Position numbers and translations under genes: made by a program
DNA from: Acaryochloridaceae cyanobacterium VAR_48_metabat_390
GTDB taxonomy: Bacteria > Cyanobacteriota > Cyanobacteriia > Thermosynechococcales > Thermosynechococcaceae
DNA: 12,343 bases
Reading direction: 5' to 3'
Assembly: GCA_031422435.1 (NCBI GenBank)
Contig: JANPLU010000005.1
Span: 1-12,343, forward strand
Shown: one piece after another, positions 7,585 to 12,343 of the stretch
How positions within the stretch are numbered: the stretch's first letter is position 1
Layout of the letters: each line of letters begins with the position of its first letter
The notes under the pieces: generated by a model
The model's input: the letters and a program-made list of their open reading frames with translations, nothing else
Told to the model about the DNA's origin: nothing
Database searches by the model: none

Positions 7585-8337
7585 TTAATCGGCGTTAGGC
7601 ACCACTCGGCCATACCGAGCCGTCCATTTTTCTCCCTGGGCTTGCTGGCATAGCCACGCCCAAAGCTGGTCCCCTACGCTAAAGTGCCACCATTCGCCAG
7701 GATGGCGCTGAAACCCCGCGTGCTCCATAACGGTGTAAAGCAGCAGTCGATGCTGGTGGGCAAGGGCGGCATCAGCACGGGCATCTATGGCAGTATTTGG
7801 ATCCTGTGCGAGATTGCCGAAATAGTTGGGCTGCGATCGCACTGAAAGCTCATCAATGGGCGACCCCATCCACACCATCTGCTGGCATTGCGTATCAAAT
7901 AAGGTAATGTCAACCGCCGCACCTGTACTGTGAGGCGGTGGCATCTTCGGGTCTAAATTGGGCGGCGCCCAGAGTTGATACACTTCCTCCCAGAGAGCTT
8001 CTATTGTGGCTTGAGAAAGCATAGATTCCTCTAGACCTCGTGCTTGCAGCAGTTCTGTAAAGGTATACTCCACCATAAATTTTTGTACTGCAATAGGGCG
8101 GTAGGCATCAAAAATAAAGAGTTTCCAAAGGGGCTGCTCTACATGCAGCATCTGTTGCGCGTTAATGAGCGCAGTTAAAACACCCTCGCGCACGAAAAAT
8201 GGGGAAACCTCGCCATAGGGTGCACCCAAAGCTGCATAGGGATGTGGGTCGGCATAAATAAACCTATCCTTGGGCATGGGTACCAACGGCTCATGAGATT
8301 CAACAATGGGTATATTCCAGTAGGGTTTGATGGGCAT
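7585..8337 (-). CDS. M15 family D-alanyl-D-alanine dipeptidase (VanX/DdpX-like)
   Basis: IFDAYRP, PPHSTGAAVD (HxxGxAxD zinc site) and EWWHF motifs. Confidence 0.93.
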   Translation of the reverse strand: MPIKPYWNIPIVESHEPLVPMPKDRFIYADPHPYAALGAPYGEVSPFFVREGVLTALINAQQMLHVEQPLWKLFIFDAYRPIAVQKFMVEYTFTELLQARGLEESMLSQATIEALWEEVYQLWAPPNLDPKMPPPHSTGAAVDITLFDTQCQQMVWMGSPIDELSVRSQPNYFGNLAQDPNTAIDARADAALAHQHRLLLYTVMEHAGFQRHPGEWWHFSVGDQLWAWLCQQAQGEKWTARYGRVVPNAD

Positions 8338-8474
8338 AAAAACGAAAGAGACTAAAACGTTGAGGGTATTTTTGACTTCATTTTTGCAGGAGAGTGTCGC
8401 ATCGCAGATCGCAGAATACCGTTCGATGAGAGACTGAAGAATACATTAACTGCAATCTTCACGACACAGGGCGA

Positions 8475-9374
8475 ATGACCAAAACTGCATGGGTATTTCC
8501 GGGACAAGGCTCACAACTGGTTGGCATGGGGGTCGATCTACTTGAGACGGCGATCGCCCAAGAGCGCTACCAGCAGGCCGAAGAAATTTTAGGTTGGTCT
8601 ATTTTAGACTGCTGTAAAGGCGAACTTGAAGTTTTGTCCCGCACACTGTACACGCAGCCCTGTCTCTACGTCATCTCCGCCATTCTGGCAGACCTACTTC
8701 ATGACAAAGGTTTACAACCCGCTGTGATGGCAGGCCATAGTTTAGGAGAATATGCCGCCCTCTACGCAGCCGGAAGTATCGACTTTAGGGCAGGCCTAAA
8801 GCTGGTTCAGCGGCGCGCAGAGCTAATGGATGAAGCCTCTGGTGGCAAAATGGTGGCCGTGATGGGCTTTGACCGCAGCGCCCTAGACGCTGCGGTAAGC
8901 AGCTTACCAGACGTGGTTTTAGCCAATGACAACCATGCAGAACAAATCGTCATTTCCGGTAGTCCCACCGCAGTAGATGCACTGTTGGCAAGCATTAAAA
9001 TTAAGCGTATGGTTCCCTTAAAAGTCAGCGGCGCATTCCACTCGCCGCTGATGGCACAGGCCGCCAATGAGTTTGGGGAAGTGCTGCAATCAGTCCTGTT
9101 TCGAGATGCCCAAGTGCCGGTCATTGCCAACGTGGAACCCACCCCAGCCGCCGATGCCGCGACGCTGCAAAAGCGCCTAATGCAGCAAATGACGGGATCT
9201 GTCCGCTGGCGAGAGATCTGTTTGACGCTCCAGTCTATGGGGGTTGAAGAAGTGCTTGAAGTAGGACCTGGCAAAGTGTTGACGGGTTTGATAAAACGGA
9301 CTTGCCCTGGCATAAAGCTCACCCCAATGGGGACGCTAACAGACATTATGACTCATGCCTCAGCACATTCTTAG
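8475..9374 (+). CDS. fabD: Malonyl-CoA:ACP transacylase
   Basis: FPGQGSQ, TQP, catalytic GHSLGEY, VSGAFHS, VRW and EVGPGKVL. Confidence 0.98.
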   Translation: MTKTAWVFPGQGSQLVGMGVDLLETAIAQERYQQAEEILGWSILDCCKGELEVLSRTLYTQPCLYVISAILADLLHDKGLQPAVMAGHSLGEYAALYAAGSIDFRAGLKLVQRRAELMDEASGGKMVAVMGFDRSALDAAVSSLPDVVLANDNHAEQIVISGSPTAVDALLASIKIKRMVPLKVSGAFHSPLMAQAANEFGEVLQSVLFRDAQVPVIANVEPTPAADAATLQKRLMQQMTGSVRWREICLTLQSMGVEEVLEVGPGKVLTGLIKRTCPGIKLTPMGTLTDIMTHASAHS

Positions 9375-9403
9375 GTAGCGGCAGTAATAGCAGCAGCAAA
9401 AGC

Positions 9404-10048
9404 ATGACGCAGCAGCGAGAACCGTTTATTAGTTTGGCACTTTATCACTTGTCTAAGTGGTCTGTGGTTAGCCCAGTCCTCCATGTCTACTTTCAGGTAC
9501 GGATTTATGGCGCTGAAAATGTGCCCCCTCAAGGCAAACTGGTGGTAGTAAGTAATCACGCCAGCGATTTTGATCCTCCCATTGTGTCAAGCTGTGTGGG
9601 ACGACCTGTCGCCTACATGGCGAAGCAGGAGCTATTTGAGGTTCCTGTTCTATCAACACTGATTCGATGGTATGGGGCATATCCCGTCAATCGAGGCTCC
9701 GCAGACCGCAGCGCAATCCGCGCAGCTTTGTCGTCTTTAGAGCAAGGATGGGCAACGGGCATTTTTTTGCAGGGATCTCGCACACCGGATGGTCGCATTA
9801 CCGAACCGAAGCTAGGGGCAGCGCTGATTGCCCAAAAAGCGCAGGCTCCGCTGCTGCCAGTCTCCCTTTGGGGAACGCATAATATCCTAACAAAAGGAAA
9901 ATATAAGCCTAAAAGAACGCCCCTCACCATTCGGATTGGGACACCCATTGAACCACCCAAAAGCAGTGATCGCACTGACCTACAGAAAGTCACTCAGCGC
10001 TGTGCAGATGCCATTAACGCGATGCACGATTTAGGACGATCTTCTTAA
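9404..10048 (+). CDS. plsC: 1-acyl-sn-glycerol-3-phosphate acyltransferase
   Basis: NHASDFD (HX4D), MAKQELF and FLQGSR. ATG at 9404 (MTQQREP) is chosen over the TTG at 9302, which overlaps fabD. Confidence 0.95.
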   Translation: MTQQREPFISLALYHLSKWSVVSPVLHVYFQVRIYGAENVPPQGKLVVVSNHASDFDPPIVSSCVGRPVAYMAKQELFEVPVLSTLIRWYGAYPVNRGSADRSAIRAALSSLEQGWATGIFLQGSRTPDGRITEPKLGAALIAQKAQAPLLPVSLWGTHNILTKGKYKPKRTPLTIRIGTPIEPPKSSDRTDLQKVTQRCADAINAMHDLGRSS

Positions 10049-10140
10049 AAGCAACTCCTGCGAAGGGAATCATCTTAAAAATCACTTTAATATTGAGGCA
10101 TTTGGCATTCATTAAAATATCCAAAATTTTGTCCATGACA

Positions 10141-10878
10141 TTATGGCTCAGTCGGCACTGTCACAGGTCGCGTCTCTAGTCGAAGCTGGCGAATCCAAGT
10201 CGTTAGCGACCAAATATAAAGAAAGCAAAAGCCCGAAATAACAGCGCCCAGAAACGTTTTGAGTACGGTTTTTAATAGCTTTAAGCGTTGCTCTAAGCCA
10301 GTAGCCTCAGCCTGTTTACGAATGTTTGGTTTTCCCTTATCGATAGTAGCTAACAAATCCCGCTTGAGTTCAGGTAAATCTTGATCCATGAGGATAGACG
10401 GAATTGCCTGACCACTCCATCGAGTAAACAAGGCATTCACTTCTGTCTTAGAGATAGCCTGCCGCAGGCGCTGCTGAATCTGCTCTGTTTGGGTCATGCG
10501 CTGCTCTACAAAGGTATTGGCTTGTCCAATCAGGATCGTATCAAGGCGAAAACTATTGACGACAAGCAATGGCAGCAGCAGCAGGTAGGCTACCCCCACT
10601 CCCAATGCCGCCCACGAAAACCCTCTTAAGAGAACAATCTCTAGCTTGACTCGTAGGCGAAGATCTTGGTAGAAAACCAACGCTAAGCCAATGAGCGGAA
10701 CGGCGACGCGCTCGACCAGTTCGCTCATAATCTGAACTTCCCACTCAGGATTCATAAAGCGCGCGGGAATAAAAAGGCTGATGATGTCAAAGCAAGAGAG
10801 CAGCAGCAAAACATACCCAACCAGCCTCAGCATTCTAATGGTTAAAATTTGGGGCTGAGAGTCAGACTTGTCAAGCAT
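10141..10878 (-). CDS. HpsJ-like membrane protein (hormogonium polysaccharide / cyanoexosortase-associated family)
   Basis: RLVGYVLL...P.RFMNPEWE...ELVERVAVPLIGLALVF; three N-terminal TM helices, a Gln-rich helical region and a C-terminal TM helix. Family recognised from memory. Confidence 0.8.
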   Translation of the reverse strand: MLDKSDSQPQILTIRMLRLVGYVLLLLSCFDIISLFIPARFMNPEWEVQIMSELVERVAVPLIGLALVFYQDLRLRVKLEIVLLRGFSWAALGVGVAYLLLLPLLVVNSFRLDTILIGQANTFVEQRMTQTEQIQQRLRQAISKTEVNALFTRWSGQAIPSILMDQDLPELKRDLLATIDKGKPNIRKQAEATGLEQRLKLLKTVLKTFLGAVISGFCFLYIWSLTTWIRQLRLETRPVTVPTEP

Positions 10879-10974
10879 GGTGCAGAAATCCTTTGGTAGC
10901 GCAGCAATATCAACTTAAAATGACCGATCACAATTCCTAAACAGAGTAGCAGCAGTAGGTGGGCTGTTGCCGTG

Positions 10975-12051
10975 CTATGGCTGAGAAATCAGAGACTCAT
11001 CTGCTTTATTTTGCTCATAAAGGGTCATGACCTGTGAGATCGCCAACCTAGACTGCGCCCCCAACCCTAAGGACGATCGATGCCCCAAGCTTAAATGTTC
11101 AGAGGCTGCACAGGCCACCATTGCGGCATTATCTGTACACAACGCAAGTTTAGGGAAAATAACGGTGAGTCCCTGGGCTTCGGCGGCAGTGCGCAAGTGC
11201 GATCGCAATCCGCTATTCGCCGCCACTCCACCCCCCACCACAATCGTCTTTAGCCCGTAGCTCAGCGCACAACGCACCGTACGGCGGGTCAGAGACTTGG
11301 CGATCGTGTACTGAAAGCTCGCAGCTAAATCTTCAATCGGCAGCGGAGGCACATCAGTCTTGAGCTTGTCTACCAGCCGCAGCATTGCTGTCTTGAGTCC
11401 GCTAAAGCTGGTGTCGTAGGGATGATATCCACCCTCTGGGAGCGAAATGTTGCCTTCTGGCAACGGAAATGCAAGCGGATTGCCCTGTTGAGCCGCCTGA
11501 TCCATCACAGGACCACCTGGATACCCTAACCCCAGCAGGCGTGCAACTTTATCAAATGCCTCTCCCACTGCATCATCGCGGGTTTGGCCTACCGTTTCGT
11601 AGACCCCGCACTCTTTTACCAAAATGAGGCTGGTATGCCCCCCAGAGACTAGAAGACACAAAAATGGAGGCTCTAAATCGGGCTGTTCTAGGTAAGATGC
11701 ATAAATATGACCCTCTAGATGATGCACCCCTAAAAACGGCTTGTTGTAGAGCATTGCCAGAGTTTTTGCTGCCGTCAGCCCTACGAGCAGCGAACCCATT
11801 AGACCAGGCGCACAGGTGGAAGCAACGCCATCAATCTCATCCCAGCCTAGCCCAGACTGCAAAACAGCCGCCTCTACTGTGGCGTTAATTGTCTCTACAT
11901 GCTGGCGAGAGGCGACCTCTGGCACAACGCCGCCAAACGGTTGATGCGTCAAGATCTGAGACGATACGACATTACTTAAGATGTGACGTTTTTTAACAAC
12001 CGCTGCCGCAGTTTCGTCACAACTCGTTTCAATTGCTAAAACGGTGGTCAT
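10975..12051 (-). CDS. tsaD: tRNA N6-threonylcarbamoyladenosine transferase subunit
   Basis: [47 protein letters not shown] and CTDNAAM. Confidence 0.99.
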   Translation of the reverse strand: MTTVLAIETSCDETAAAVVKKRHILSNVVSSQILTHQPFGGVVPEVASRQHVETINATVEAAVLQSGLGWDEIDGVASTCAPGLMGSLLVGLTAAKTLAMLYNKPFLGVHHLEGHIYASYLEQPDLEPPFLCLLVSGGHTSLILVKECGVYETVGQTRDDAVGEAFDKVARLLGLGYPGGPVMDQAAQQGNPLAFPLPEGNISLPEGGYHPYDTSFSGLKTAMLRLVDKLKTDVPPLPIEDLAASFQYTIAKSLTRRTVRCALSYGLKTIVVGGGVAANSGLRSHLRTAAEAQGLTVIFPKLALCTDNAAMVACAASEHLSLGHRSSLGLGAQSRLAISQVMTLYEQNKADESLISQP

Positions 12052-12114
12052 TAGCTGGTAGCTTTTTGAATGGGTCTTTGTTAGTAAGTATGCCTATTTT
12101 CTCAAATCTTCAGT

Positions 12115-12136
12115 CTTTACAAGTCACCTTGTAAAG
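12115..12136. promoter_or_regulatory. Perfect 9-bp inverted repeat in the divergent tsaD/psaF promoter region; candidate regulator site
   Basis: CTTTACAAG-TCAC-CTTGTAAAG. Confidence 0.5.
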
Positions 12137-12248
12137 CGTTATGGAGCTTACGAGTATATAGGCTAGGTAACCAATAGCGAAAAATCTTTTTTGCTTTTAT
12201 GACTGGCTTGTTGTGTAATTTGTTGTCTAAATTAAGGGAAGCAACTCT

Positions 12249-12343
12249 ATGCGTCGATTGTTTGCTCTAGTCTTAGTCTTTACCCTGTGGGTTGGCTTTG
12301 CGCCATCAGCATCTGCCGATGTTGCAGGTCTAACCCGATGCAG
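12249..12343 (+). CDS. psaF: Photosystem I subunit III (PsaF), 5' part with signal peptide
   Basis: Manual translation [31 protein letters not shown], with AAGGGA upstream. Signal peptide ending ASA, then D..GLT.C is the PsaF N-terminus; divergent from tsaD as usual in cyanobacteria. Confidence 0.93.
   Translation, partial: MRRLFALVLVFTLWVGFAPSASADVAGLTRC

Larger units (their letters stand above)
785..11206. repeat. Dispersed HIP1 octamers (GCGATCGC), 7 copies seen
   Basis: Copies at 785-792, 1110-1117, 3917-3924, 4555-4562, 7833-7840, 8550-8557 and 11199-11206. HIP1 is a hallmark of many cyanobacterial genomes. Confidence 0.9.

Noticed and set aside
7585..8337. VanX-like gene as a vancomycin resistance determinant
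   Set aside because: No vanH, vanA, vanR or vanS neighbours; stand-alone M15 dipeptidases are common in cyanobacteria.
8807..9346. 179-aa antisense ORF within fabD, and the similar shadow ORFs over ROK, cobK, ABA4-like, VKOR, plsC, HpsJ-like and tsaD
   Set aside because: Fully overlap well-supported genes and show no family motifs.
9302..9403. Overlapping plsC extension or fabD-plsC frameshift fusion through the AGC-rich spacer
   Set aside because: fabD is complete with its own stop, plsC has a typical start at 9404, and no slippery sequence is evident.

Overview
Cyanobacterial chromosomal window (psaE, psaF, an HpsJ-like gene and seven HIP1 GCGATCGC octamers) made up mostly of housekeeping genes: partial DUF423 membrane protein (-), ispF, ROK sugar kinase, an AT-rich SAM methyltransferase, psaE with a 64-aa C-terminal tail, cobK/cbiJ (-), ABA4-like protein (-), VKOR-thioredoxin fusion, ispG, D-Ala-D-Ala dipeptidase (-), fabD, plsC, HpsJ-like protein (-), tsaD (-) and the 5' end of psaF. 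The accessory signal is concentrated at about 1830-3690. It comprises a methyltransferase followed by a decayed integron attC-like site (possible orphan cassette), the double-length PsaE, a 193-bp MITE with perfect 14-bp terminal inverted repeats, and an adjacent REP-like hairpin. I see no convincing new multi-gene system. All family calls come from motif recognition by eye, with no database search.
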